Shown here one piece after another: positions 25,101-37,200 of a DNA stretch of 64,000 bases (positions within the stretch are counted from its first letter, which is position 1; each line of letters starts with the position of its first letter). Made by a program: the position numbers and the translations under genes. Source of the stretch: Neoechinorhynchus agilis (Eukaryota > Animalia > Acanthocephala). The stretch lies in NCBI GenBank assembly GCA_051530055.1, contig CM121343.1, forward strand, positions 1,830,389-1,894,388, in the 5' to 3' direction. The notes under the pieces were generated by a model. That model had not been told where the DNA came from. It saw only the letters and a program-made list of their open reading frames with translations, and did not search any database.

Positions 25101-27845
25101 CTCTTTTCGTTCACGAGAAATTGATGAACCGCTCCCACTGTTAACAATGCACTCACTGGTACACTACCAGGACCCACGCAACGGTCAGACAGTATAATCA
25201 TATTGTAACCTTGGTTCACTGCTTCAAGACATTCCTTGCATATTATAGGAAGAGTATCACGAAGTCCGTTGCTTCCCGATTGTCTGCTAAAGAGCATATT
25301 TATAACTTTTGAACGAAGACCATGATGTGCACTAAGTTTTATGACCTCGAGCTCTATCGGAGATAAAATTGGGGAATCGAGCCACAATCTTCTACATTGC
25401 TCACTCGACGGATTTAATAAATCGTGTTCCGGACCAATGGGGCATCCAAGCGACATGACAATACGTTCGCGAATCGAATCCAAAGGTGGATTAGTCCCCT
25501 GGGCAAACTTTTGTTGAAAATAATCGTATGAAAGACGACTGCACTGTGAGAGACAAGCTAAAGGAGTATCATCTCCCATCGATGCTGTTGCTTCGCGCGT
25601 GTCGCGAATCATTGGCAATAGAACTTCATTAAAACTTTCGGTATTATACGCGAAAAGTATCAAACGTCGATCTGTCTCTTTAAACTCACTTACGACACGG
25701 AGATCCTTTCGAGGTTCCTTCTGATGTTTACCATTACCACTGCGCGACCCATCGTCAACACCGGTGATTGGGGATGGAGGTTGTTCGAAAATGCCAGTGT
25801 CACTCAAATGACCAGGTAATAGGTGCTTTTCCAATTTTTCGCGCAGTGTTTTCAATGTAATTGCTCGTGAAAGATACGCTTCGGTTTGAACATCCTTGCA
25901 CATCGCGATTTTCAACTCGTCATTCAGAATCAGTTTACGAGATTGTAGATCAACCATAATCATTTGACCAGATCCTAATTTTCCTTTACACGTAACAGCG
26001 CTTTCGTCCACATCCACAAGTCCAGCTTCATTTGCAACAAACAGCATTCGCTCGTTCCTATCGTCCACCACTTTAAATCTGACTGGTCGTAAACCGTTCC
26101 GATCAACGAGACTACCACAAATCCTGCCATCCGTAAACATCACTGCAGCTGGACCGTCCCAAGGTTCCATAGCGAAACTATTGTATCTAACATACCTAGC
26201 GATCCGCGCCTTATCTGAGTCTCCAGTTGGAATCAGATCATCGGTGCCCAGAAATCCCTCCGGAATAAGTAGGAATAGCGTTTCGGCTAAATTTTTTCTA
26301 CCGGCTTTGTGAATGAACTCAGCAGCATTGTCCAAAAGGCTCGTATCGGATACTTCGCCCATATTGCTCTCCAGAATGGGGTAAATATCGGACATATGTT
26401 TGAATCGATCGCTGGCCAACATTCCTTCCCTGCTGCGCATATGATTGCAGTTTCCTCGTAAGGTATTGATTTCTCCATTGTGAGCCATGACACGGAAAGG
26501 TTGAGCCAACTCCCATGTCGGGTATGTGTTTGTAGCGAACCGAGCATGGACGATCGCGAATGGACTGACAAATTCAGGAGACTCCAAATCAATGTAATAG
26601 TGCCAAAGTTGATTTGCATCGAAGCGGCCCTTATGGAAGAGAAAAGTAAGAATTACTTATTAAAATTGCTTTAGTAAACCTTGTAAACAATGGTTCTGGT
26701 CGATAGGCTACAAATGTAGAATCTATTAGTAGCTTTTATAATTTCATCTGAACTTCTTTTACGTAGTATAAGCACCTTTTTGGTCGTATTGATGCGATTA
26801 GAGGTTAATTGGAGTATAAAATAAGCTTACCTGTCTTTCTAAGTAAAGGTCAGATTTGGACAAAATCAAGAAGGCCTAAAACGAATTTTAGTTTGTGAAC
26901 GTTAAAATAATAAAATATGTTTGAACATTGAATTGTTTATAAACTGTGGTTGTTTTGTGGCGAATGATTGATTTTATTTTAAAATCAAGCACAAGATTGT
27001 GTGGTTCCGAAACCAATTGGATTCAATAAATGAAATCATTTTAATTTCTTCGCCAAAAAACCGACTAATAATAAAATAATTTAAATCAGGCATTGGGAAT
27101 GATGAGTGGAGAATTAGGCAACCACTGCTGAGCATTTTGGGCAAGAGCTATTATAAAATATTCAAGTGGTTATGGACATTTGACAACAGAATTTCTTAGT
27201 GAACTCTCATTCTCGATGAGTAATGGAAAAGTCTACGAAAACGTCTAGATACGCGAAAGCCTTACTTGAAGAATATACGGTTCATCCTGACGCGCTCCAA
27301 CTCCAATTGCATCGTGATTGACGGGGACAACTCGCCAACATATCACCTATGAACCACATGAAAGGTTCATTAGAAAATATCGATACACATACGGTCACGA
27401 AATGTTCGGACGCTATTTCGTTAAATCGTTGCTTACAATATTCGGCATTGGCTGCAGTCATAAAGAACAATCCGGTTGCATATTCCCCGAAGGTGGGAAG
27501 ATCTACCGAATAACTCCTCCTAAAAACATTGAAATATTACACTAAAACGATCAAAAAGAACCTCAAAAGCGATCTGTACATTGCATCGGGAATTCTCAAC
27601 AGGATACCAGCACCGTCGCCCGAATTTCGGATACATGCTCCTCTGTGAGCCATGCCCAAAAGCATGGATTTTGCGTGTAAAATCACCTAAGTACCAATGT
27701 GTTAAACAAATATTCGGACCAACATTCAAACCTTGCGAGACGCAATACAATCTACGCTAACGACCATACCAACTCCACACTGCCCCCGCTGCAGTCGCGT
27801 ACCAGGAAGTGGACCGATTTCAGTCAATTCTTCTTTAAAACTCAT
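19141..27845 (-). CDS. GLT1: Glutamate synthase (fused alpha+beta, eukaryotic NADH-GOGAT type), about 13 exons
   Basis: [55 protein letters not shown] domain, C..CG.PFC...[13 protein letters not shown]. Confidence 0.96.
21034..22264 (-). other. Candidate non-canonical hairpin intron in glutamate synthase (1231 nt)
   Basis: Removal gives GMAGGVI-Y-VL (cf. GMSGGIAYVL) instead of in-frame TAA; perfect 11 bp terminal inverted repeat ATGGCTGCTGA. Confidence 0.7.
21375..22135. mobile_element. Two inverted ~85 bp Penelope-type ends with degenerate hammerhead motifs (21375-21458, 22050-22135) flanking a LINE fragment
   Basis: CTGACGA-TGAACC-CTAAGA-GGTTT-GAAAC; about 75% identical inverted copy; same family as 43.0 kb. 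Confidence 0.7.
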
Positions 27846-28176
27846 CTTCAATTGATTAGTGCGCAAACAACCTTAGACAATGCTGTTCGGTCATCAGCAG
27901 CACACGAAAAAACACTGCGAAATTCTTTCTCTGATGTAGCGCGAGTTTAAATACCCCTAAAAAAATGGACTATTTTTAAACAAAAAAAGATTATCTTGTG
28001 TTAGATGATTAATAAAGGGTTAAGGAACGTAGTTGACATTGCTACTATCACCCCCAAGGATTTTCTTATGATTTGCATAAATAGTCAAAACACCGGATAA
28101 TCGGACCAGCCAGCTACTATAGCGTCTGATCCAAACATTCGCATCTAAATAGCCACCAGAGCGGGTAGTAACGATG

Positions 28177-28190
28177 GTTGCCATGGCAAC
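28177..28190. promoter_or_regulatory. RFX X-box (perfect palindrome GTTGCCATGGCAAC)
   Basis: Exact consensus, about 65 bp upstream of the DUSP-like ATG in the divergent promoter shared with glutamate synthase. Confidence 0.75.
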
Positions 28191-28254
28191 AGGGTTGTAG
28201 ATAGTTCAATGTTTCAAAGTGAGCAGACGTATTATTGGAACCTATTGTCCGAGC

Positions 28255-28749
28255 ATGAGCAAAATCCTACAATATTTGTATATGGGGACAGTTGATGACT
28301 ACAACAACATCGACAAAGATAATCCAAATAACATAGGAACAACCCTTAATTTTGCTACGGATGATCCCGTTGTTGAGGGAAATGAATTGGAGGCATATAT
28401 CAGTCCAATCTTTGATGGAAGTAATTCGATTATCCACCATGCGCGGAAAACGCGAAATGCGATTCTTGTATACAGCACGATGGGTATTTCAATGGCATCT
28501 ACATTCGTCGCCGCGTATTTTATGTGGAGTACTGGAGTTTCCATGGACGACGCCTTGGATGCAATAAATTCACAACGACCATTTTGCGATCCAAACGTAT
28601 CATTACTTAGACAACTACGCGAGTACTCTACGTTTTTAAATACCAACGTTCGACCGAGACGAAGAGTTATGTTAAATTCCAGAATATCTACGAATGACAA
28701 GGCTCGGATTGTGGCGCTTGCGCGACGTCACCGGGCTGATTCTCATTGA
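28255..28749 (+). CDS. Dual-specificity phosphatase-fold pseudophosphatase (STYX/STYXL-like)
   Basis: SKIL.YLYMG, ILVYSTMGISMAS in place of VHC..G.SRS, AY.M......AL..I...RP..DPN..LL.QL..Y. Confidence 0.85.
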   Translation: MSKILQYLYMGTVDDYNNIDKDNPNNIGTTLNFATDDPVVEGNELEAYISPIFDGSNSIIHHARKTRNAILVYSTMGISMASTFVAAYFMWSTGVSMDDALDAINSQRPFCDPNVSLLRQLREYSTFLNTNVRPRRRVMLNSRISTNDKARIVALARRHRADSH

Positions 28750-28919
28750 TTTTTCTGTTATTGAATAAAAGTTCTTTTAATATGTGGTTCTTCAAACATT
28801 GTGTGCCGATAGATTTTTAAATTAAAATTCACATAACTGGATTTTCAGTCACGTTTTTTTTGGGGGGGGGAGAAGCCGAAAAGATAAACATTTAAAGGTG
28901 ATCGTAAATTCGGATACTG

Positions 28920-29380
28920 ACCACCACCACATCGTTAATTCTATCATCCCCAAAGATTTTCTCGCGATGATGAAGCGAGGCTTCGGCGTTAAACATTACA
29001 AATCAATAAAATATATTTTATCCGGGTATTGTGATCACCGAAAAATCGTCAATTCTATCATTCCCAAAGATTTTCTATTGATGATAAAGTGAGGCTTCGG
29101 CGTGAAATATTACAAATCAATAAAATATATTTTATCCGGGTATTGTGATCACCACAACATCGTCAATTCTATCATTCCCAAAGATTTTCTATTGATGATA
29201 AAGTGAGGCTTCGGCGTGAAATATTACAAATCAATAAAATATATTTTATCGGGGTATTGTGATCACATCAACATCGTCAATTCTATCATTCCAAAAGATT
29301 TTCTATTGATGATGAAGTGAGGCTTACACAACATCGTCAATTCTATCATTCCCAAAGATTTTCTCGTGATGAATTGCATC
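28920..29380. repeat. Tandem repeat, ~113-116 bp unit, about 4 copies
   Basis: tcgtcaattctatcattcccaaagattttct recurs at ~28931, 29047, 29160, 29274, 29334. Confidence 0.95.
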
Positions 29381-29588
29381 CATATCAAAACACTCGCGAT
29401 TAAGTGCAAAATTTGAGAAGTACGCCGATCTCACAAAGATGGAAATGAAGAGGTAGTTGATGAGTACTAGGCGCGAGTGGTGAATTGTTCAAAGTTTACA
29501 TTCACAATTTATTGACTCGGCGACCTGCCTTATGCAGCCTATTATTCTTATGATGGCAGCAAAAACGAAAGTTCAGTCGGTTATTCTA

Positions 29589-31367
29589 TTATCTGTTCAG
29601 TTTCATGTGCGCTTTAACGAGGTCATTGGTGTGCAGGGCAGCCATGAGTGACACTTCAGCGCCCAGTACTACGCTCGCTATGAGCATACTGAGATTTTTG
29701 GCATTTGATCCGATTTCACGTTTGGAAGGCCCATCCAAGCCCATCATACGAAGACAAGCAGCTTGCGGTTTTAGTGAAGTTCCCCCTCCGACGGTTCCAC
29801 ACTCAATCGATGGCATTGTGACGCTGACCCTAACTTTCCCACCTTCCTCGATTTCAAACCATGTCATACAACTGCTGCTGGAAACTACCTGGGCGATGTC
29901 CTGTCCACAGGCAGCGAAAATGGCAGCTACGACGTTAGCAGCATGAGCATTAGAAGTAGAGTGATTTGAGTGGGGAGTAATTAATGTAGAGGGGCGGGAT
30001 GGAACCCACCAATAGAATCACTCTAACGTGAAACAGCTCGCGCCAGCTTGGCTGGCAGCCAGGGCACTTCCCATGAAGTTCTTAATAAGATTCAATTTTA
30101 CAAGATCCGTAGGTTCGACCTTCAGACGTGATCTAACGGCACTGGCATCTATAACAGCTTCAGCGATCACGGACTTTCCTCGTCCATCGATCCAGTTTGA
30201 ACTGGACGCTTTCTTATCCACGCAGTAATTACCACTCAAAGAGACCAACTGAAGATCAGGAAATTGGTTTTGTAGGCATTCGATACATTTCTCGCATCCT
30301 TTTGATACCATATTCATCCCCATGGCATCACCTGTGCTTGCCATAAATTTCGCAAATATATAGCAGCCGGCACTTAGAGTAACTCTGGTGGCTAACAAAC
30401 GGGCATATCTACTAGTAGACGTGAAAGCTTTTTCGAGGGCACATCGTCCTTCCTTAGACTCAATCCATTGTTTAACTTTGGTTGCTTCAGCTAAGCAACT
30501 TGCTTTTAAGACTGGACCTCGACTCATAAAATCGGAAACAACAGTGCATTGAATGCCATTCGGAGTTTCGCTGAGAACCTTGCATCCTCGTGAAGCACTA
30601 GCAATCAAGGCTCCTTCGGTTGTTGCTAGAGGTACATACCAAAGTTTATTGTTCATTTTTATTGGTCCCACGAATCCAACGGGTACTTGAATAAAACCCA
30701 GTGTATTCTCACAGCATTTCCCTTCAATACTTCTAAAGTCGTATGATTCATGGGGTATTCCCTCGACATCCACACCCAATGACTTCAAATAAGCTCTACG
30801 AAGGCAGACACGATCCTTAGCTTCTAATAACAAACCTTCAGCAACTCTAAGACTAAGGTTTCCATCAGTAGTTACTTTTTGAAGGACACTTTTCACATCC
30901 ATACTTATATCCGTAGTTGCATCAAAATCAATCTGTGGCACGTCCATTATAAAATCGGCATAATCATCACCGACACCCTCAATCGTCCCGCTCTGCTCCC
31001 TTTGATCGTAAGTGCTAAGTTCAACCATTACGTCATATAAAGTCAGGCATATTATCACCCATAAAATTAAACGAATCCGGAACTTCAAACTCAGAAACGT
31101 TCTATCAAAAAGTTTACCACCCTTTAGGGCGTCACTAATTTCGGTCATGGGGGAATCCGACGATGTTTCTGCGTCATCATGATCGCTGCGATCTCCATCA
31201 TTATCGAAAATCGCCGTCACCAATAAAGTCTGATTCCTTAATTCAGTCACAAAACCATTCCATTTGTCCAATGAATTAAGGGCCAAGAGGCTAAGGAGGG
31301 CTACCATTACAATCCACACCAATCGCATATTCCGACGGAAATATAGCTTGCTCATTTTACTTGCCAT
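29589..31367 (-). CDS. HMGCR: HMG-CoA reductase (class I catalytic domain, short 2-TM N-terminus); exons 31367-30030 and 29951-29589
   Basis: CEN.LG, LATTEGALIAS, TGDAMGMNMVSKG, SGNYCVDKK, NAHAAN, GQD.AQ, GTVGGGT, H(MKLNR). Confidence 0.97.
29952..30029 (-). other. Non-canonical hairpin intron in HMGCR (78 nt); no usable AG acceptor
   Basis: In-frame TGA inside; first downstream AG falls after NAHAANVV; perfect 10 bp inverted repeat TAGAGTGATT/AATCACTCTA. Confidence 0.85.
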
Positions 31368-31689
31368 TGGTTATTGTTGATTTGAGGATAACTAAAGCCA
31401 CAAGGGCGAGTTATCTAAAATTGAATGAACAGTGAACACTAAAATGCTCATGTAATTTACTGATTCTATAAAACACGAAAATCAGTACTTTCTTAGTTTT
31501 GCCATCACCAACTGATTCGGATAATTCCGATATTTTCTCAAGGTTTATCTTAAGGGCGGTGGTGATAAAACTAAAAGAAAGTATCTTTCTATATAAACAA
31601 GATACGGCTACTAACGTTTACTAAGCATAACAAAAGTTATTTTTGAGAAAAAGACAACGAAAAGACACAGCACTCAGTAGGCTTTGAAA

Positions 31690-31830
31690 AAGCAAAATTC
31701 ATTCACGAGGAAGCTGATCTACGCAGGAGATTGGTATTGGAAGCCATCCAAATCGATAATAATGCAACAATGGAGATGAACAAATCAAACTTCACCCTGG
31801 CATTGCCCATTTTGATAGATAAACAACCAA
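31690..31830 (+). mobile_element. Penelope-like GIY-YIG C-terminal remnant
   Basis: FIHEEADLRRRLVLEAIQI....MN. Confidence 0.55.
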
Positions 31831-32099
31831 AAATCGATATCCAATCGCAGGGAGTAAGCACGAAACCAACGTCGTACTCGGGCATAGCGGACCCACGGAT
31901 CCGAGCTAAAAGGCCTAACACTCTCACGAAATATTTCTAATAACAATGCCGATGCAAACTTATCCGGGGGGGTAACTAGTCGCCAAAAAACGAAACACAC
32001 ACGCTTAGTAACAAAATAGAGCGAAATTCGGTCGTCGAGACTACTATGACTTGTCTTTTTAAGAATAGACGACCGTATCTACTGTCTCTGGGTATATTA

Positions 32100-32230
32100 A
32101 AAAAAACGATTGAATGTGCAGCGAGTGCTGCGGAAGGACGGAAAACGGCAATTTGGGGTTGAGACCTACGGATCTCTTGGTAGCGAGGTTCTTCAACTTC
32201 TGAAGGATCTGAAGCGATGCCCCGGTTCAA
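32100..32230 (+). mobile_element. CRE-like RLE fragment
   Basis: AASAAEGRK...FGVETYGSLGSEVLQLLKDL. Confidence 0.8.
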
Positions 32231-32743
32231 AATACAATTGAGGACGAGGACGGCGAATAATTACGTCTATATCTTCAAAACCTCTGTTTTAAAAAGTCCA
32301 AAAATTAAAGTGATTTTTTGGATTTTAAAATCCGACTGATTTGAGCACTTTAATTACTGAGCTAGAAAACAATATTTTAAGGATTAATAGAAAATCATCA
32401 TGGATTCCCGTATATCGGCGATTGAATGGAAACGACGACATTTCAGACACGGAAGAATTGGTAGATAAGAGTGCTACTACAACCGAAGCTTTGGTTCTTT
32501 TTTGTAGCGTGCAGTTTGAAGTCAATTTAAGGTGTGTGTGTGACTTGTTGGGGGTGTGTGCGCGTTCTCTTGATGATGATGGAATGGTGGTAGTATTTCT
32601 TCATCAGTAGACGTTTCGATGCATTCTTGTGAGAATGTCTCTTCGTGTTAGTGACGGTAGTGAGTCAGGGAACACCCGCATTTTAGTTGACTAGGCATGT
32701 TATTTCAAGAAGGAACACGAACTAACAATGCTGATCATGTGAT

Positions 32744-35425
32744 TCATTGAGCGTTTGTTGCGGCAGCCGACGGGTTTGAGACAATGCTCTCACCTAGAGA
32801 CTCCAGAAGCTCCTCCCTGTATGTGTCGAAATCTCCATCAATCTCGAATATACCCTTGTTCTCAATAATCCATAACTGACAACCAGTGTCTCGAATGAGT
32901 CGCTCGTCGTGACTAACAATCACTACACCGCCGTTGTACTCACGTATCGCTTCCGAAAGCGCGTCTATACTCTCAATGTCGAGGTTATTCGTAGGTTCAT
33001 CCAAAATTATGACGTCCGGACTCTTACCACATAGATCCGCGAGAGCTACGCGTGCTTTCTGACCACCGGATAATGCATCCATCTTTATTACATGAGCATT
33101 ACTCGGTAGTCCAACCATTCCTAGACGCTTTCGGGCTTCTTGGTAAGGAATACTAAAAGTCCTTTGAAGGTACTCAGTAGGAGTAGCATTCAAATTTCCT
33201 AATTGCTCCGCTGAATGCTGATCGAATTTACCCAGTCTCAACTTATGATTCCGTCGGACCTCGCCTTCAGTAGGCTTCAAATCACCCGTCAATAGACGCA
33301 ATAAAGTCGTTTTGCCAACTCCGTTTGGACCAATTATGGCAATGCGCGAGTTAAAGTCGATTCCAAAATTAAGCTTCTTGAATATCGGCTCCTTTTGTGT
33401 ATCGTATTTGAAAGTTATGTTAAAAAGACCCAAAATCGGCGGATTTAAAGGTGGCACGTCCGGGAATGAGAACTTCACAACGTATTCTTTTGGTTTTATG
33501 ATCATTTGATTAGATGATTGATCGTCTGATTTATCTTCATCCTTTTTTCCTTTACTTCCCTTTTTCACGTTCTTCTTCGTGATTGTTGCTTGAGCTTGAG
33601 CTTGGGATTTGCCCGATGCTTTGAGTCGCTTAAGCTCCTTTACTTGTCGGTCGTATAATTTCTCTTGTTGGCGTCTTTTCTGCTCAAGCATAACCTTGAA
33701 TGAGTCATAATTTCCTTTATAATAAAATAATTTTTGTTGGTCCAAATGAATTATATCCGTACATACATTGTTAAGAAAGTTCTGATCATGACTCACGATT
33801 AGAAGGGTGTGCTTATATTGCCGTAGATAATTGTCGAGCCAAATTACAGCATTTAAATCCAAATGATTAGTTGGTTCATCAAGCAGTAATAGACTAGGTT
33901 GCCGATAGAGCGCCCGGGCTAAACTAACTCGCATTCGCCATCCACCGGAGAAGTTTTTAAGTTGTCTAGTTTGCATCTCGTCCGTAAAACCGAGACCATT
34001 TAAAATGCGATGAGCCCGAGAATCGGCACTGTCCACATTTAAAACAATAAGTTCGTTATGTAGTCCGTTCATTTTATCCATCAACCACTGCTGCTGTTCT
34101 TCATTCATGCAATCGTGCTTTTCTTCTAATAGTTTCGTATAACTAGCTAATTGTCGCTCGATTCGCTTCGCTTCCGTGTCAGATTCGAGCAATATCTGTA
34201 TTGCCGTTTTTGAACTGCCTTCCACTTCTTGTTCACACAGTAAAATGTCCAATTGATTAGGGATTCCTAATAATTTTTTTAGTGCTATGTGGGACAGTAG
34301 GCTAGTTTTCCCGTGACCGTTTGGACCAACTAAACCGTATCGTCTGCCATAGACCAGGCGAAGATCGGCATTCACTAGCAAGTCACGCCCGGGTGCCGAT
34401 AGTGAAAAGTTGTTCACCAGGACGTCCTGAGAGGTTTCTGGTAACTGAACCGAGGTAGAAGTGGCCTGACTGACAGAAAAGTTGTCGTACGCTTTGTCCA
34501 TAGTTGTCGTTTTGAGATCGGGAGAAATAATGTTCAATACTTGAAGGGCAATATCGTCTCTTTCACTTTTTTCATCCGATTTCCTCACTGGCGATTTAGC
34601 GGTCTTTTTGTCCTTTGATTTCGCTAATACCGTTACACACCCGGAATACCAAGCACGTCCGAAGCGAAATTATAGTGATCACACTTACGCAAATGAAACT
34701 CTTTAAATACTTTTCGAAAATTACGCGTTTTCTGTTACATACTAATTTTCGGTTATCTCCAGTACAAAAGCGAGCTGCGGAAGCGGCGCATTGCGGTCAC
34801 TTAAAAATTAAGAAAACTACACACATTTCCCCGGCTAATTCCGCGTAAAAATCGAATACGGGGTTTTACGACAGATCGAGGTTTCATTGAACCTCTTAAT
34901 TCGCAGACTGGTCATGAAATGCCTAAAAACGAATCTGATAATGCAGAAACGTTCAAATCATTATGAACAACAAAAAACTCAATTTCAAACAATGCACGAG
35001 TCCAATGTTTTAGCATTTTAAATTTTAGACAGAAGAAAATTTCTAGTGAAAGCAACAATACCTAATAAACCTTGCTAGGTACCGGCGTTTAGGTCATCAT
35101 CATCATCCTGACTGCTGCTACCATCATCGTCCTGACACTTTAACGATTTGAATTTGGAAAACTTATTACTGATAAATGGATTGTCTTGAATTCCATTATC
35201 ATTAAGTTTTAAATCTGTCATGAGTGATGACAAATCTTTCTTTTGCCGTCGATGAGATACATTCTGATGTGGCTGCCTATCCTTTATCTTGGCCTCGCGT
35301 TTGGCAAGTATTGCTTGTCTCCTTTTCTTCTTATCTTCAACACTTTCTACTTCCTTGTTGGCGTTCGATTTCGATTTTTCGGCCTTTTTACTTACAGTCT
35401 TCTTTTCTCGGCTACCCAACGGCAT
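32744..35425 (-). CDS. ABCF1: ABC-F family translation factor (ABCF1-like); exons ~35425-35081 and ~34622-32744
   Basis: Two ABC ATPase domains (GPNGHGKT, FSGGWRMR, LLLDEPTNHLD; GPNGVGKT, LSGGQKARV) and a K/D-rich N-terminus. Confidence 0.95.
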
Positions 35426-35547
35426 CTAGAAAATATGAACGTATTACATTACCGTATGTTTGGGGGATAATCATTTCAAATACACTCAAAATGAATATAT
35501 TAGTTACTCACGTAGTGGCTCTCAAAATACTCCTTAGCCCGCCTTTA

Positions 35548-37200
35548 TTGGGATTCGAAAAACAAACGAAGATTGTACAACAACAAACAAAAGAAAAGGT
35601 CTAAACAAATTCTTTATTGATCACACATTAAATGTAAATAAACTCAACGAATGAGAGTCGCCGCTTTAAAGATTCGAAAAACAAACGAAGATTGTACCAC
35701 AAAAGCAAAAGAAAAGGTCTAAACAAATTCTTTATTGATTACAAATTAACTCCAAGAATGAGAGTCGCCGCTATTGAAATTTAAAAAATAGACAAAGCTT
35801 TTACTGCATCAAAAAAAGGAAAAGGTCTAAACAAATTCTTTATTGATCACAAATTAAACATAAACAACCTCCAAGAATGAGAGTCGCCGCTTTAAAGATT
35901 CGAGAAACAAACGAAGATTGTACCACAACAAGCAAAAGAAAAGGTCTAAACAAATTCTTTATTGATTACAAATTACCTCCAAGAATGAGAGTCGCCGCTA
36001 TTGAAATTTAAAAAATAGACAAAGCTTTTACTGCATCAAAAAAAGGAAAAGGTCTAAACAAATTCTTTATTGATCACAAATTAAACATAAACAACCTCCA
36101 AGAATGAGAGTCGCCGCTTTAAAGATTCGAAAAACAAACGAAGATTGTACCACAACAAGCAAAAGAAAAGGTCTAAACAAATTCTTTATTGATCACAAAT
36201 TAAACATAAATAAACTCGAAGGATGAGAGTCGCCGCTTTTGAGATTCGAAAAACAAACGAAGATTGTACCCCAACAACAAGAAAAGATCTAAACAAATTC
36301 TTCATGGATCACAAATTAAAAATAAATAAACTCAAAGGATGAGTCGCCGCTTTTGAGATTCGAAAAACAAACGAAGATTGTACAACAACAAGCAAAAGAA
36401 AAGGTCTAAACAAATTCTTTATGGATCACAAATTAAAAATAAATAAACTCAAAGAATGAGTCGCCGCTTTTGAGATTCGAAAAACAAACGAAGATTGTAC
36501 CACAACAAACAAAAGAAAAGGTCTAAAAAAATTCTTTACTGATCACAAATTGAACATAAATTACCTTCAAGAATGAGAGTCGCCGCTATTGAGATTTGAA
36601 AAATAGACAAGGCTTTTACTGTAACAAAAAAAGGAAAAGGTTTAAACAAATTCTTTATCGATCACAGATTAAACATAAATAACCTCCAAGAATGAGAGTC
36701 GCCGCTTTTAAGATTCGAAAAACAAAGGAAGATTGTACAAAAACAAACAAAAGAAAAGGTCTAAACAACAAATTAAACATAAATAACCTCCATGAATGAG
36801 TCGCCGCTTTTAAGATTCGAAAAACAAACGAAGATTGTACAACAACAAACAAAAGAAAAGGTCTAAACCACAAATTAAACATAAATAACCTCCATGAATA
36901 AGAGTCGCCGCTTTTAAGATTCAAAAAACAAACGAAAATTGTAGAACAACAAACAAGAGAAAAGGTCTAAACAAATTCTTTATTGATCACAAATTAAACA
37001 TAAATAACCTCCATGAATGAGAGTCGCCGCTATTGAGATTTGGAAAATAGACAAGGCTTTTACTGCAACAAATAAAGGAAAAGATCTAAACAAATTCTTT
37101 ATTGATCATAAATTATACATAAACTCAAAGCATGGTGGTCGCCGCTATTGAGATTTGAAAAATACACAAAGCTTTTACCGCAAAAAACAAAGGAAAAGTT
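35548..37200. repeat. Satellite-like tandem array, ~105-125 bp unit, about 14-15 copies, two alternating subtypes
   Basis: gagtcgccgc...aaaggtctaaacaaattctttattgatcacaaatt recurs; subtype A ttt(t)aagattcga vs subtype B tattga(a/g)attt. Confidence 0.97.

Noticed and set aside
19141-27845. Glutamate synthase as a bacterial horizontal transfer or split gltB/gltD
   Set aside because: Fused eukaryotic architecture with many spliceosomal introns; the anomalous break lies inside the alpha part, not at the subunit boundary
32605-32655. Hammerhead-like CGAAGA..GAAACGTC on the minus strand near the ABCF1 3' end
   Set aside because: The core lacks CUGA and stem I is not evident; likely chance or heavily decayed
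16340-34848. Numerous 60-130 aa ORFs antisense or overlapping dynamin, glutamate synthase, HMGCR and ABCF1
   Set aside because: Shadow frames of real coding exons with no independent motifs
36655-36924. 89 aa ORF with an internal repeat
   Set aside because: Antisense translation of the satellite units
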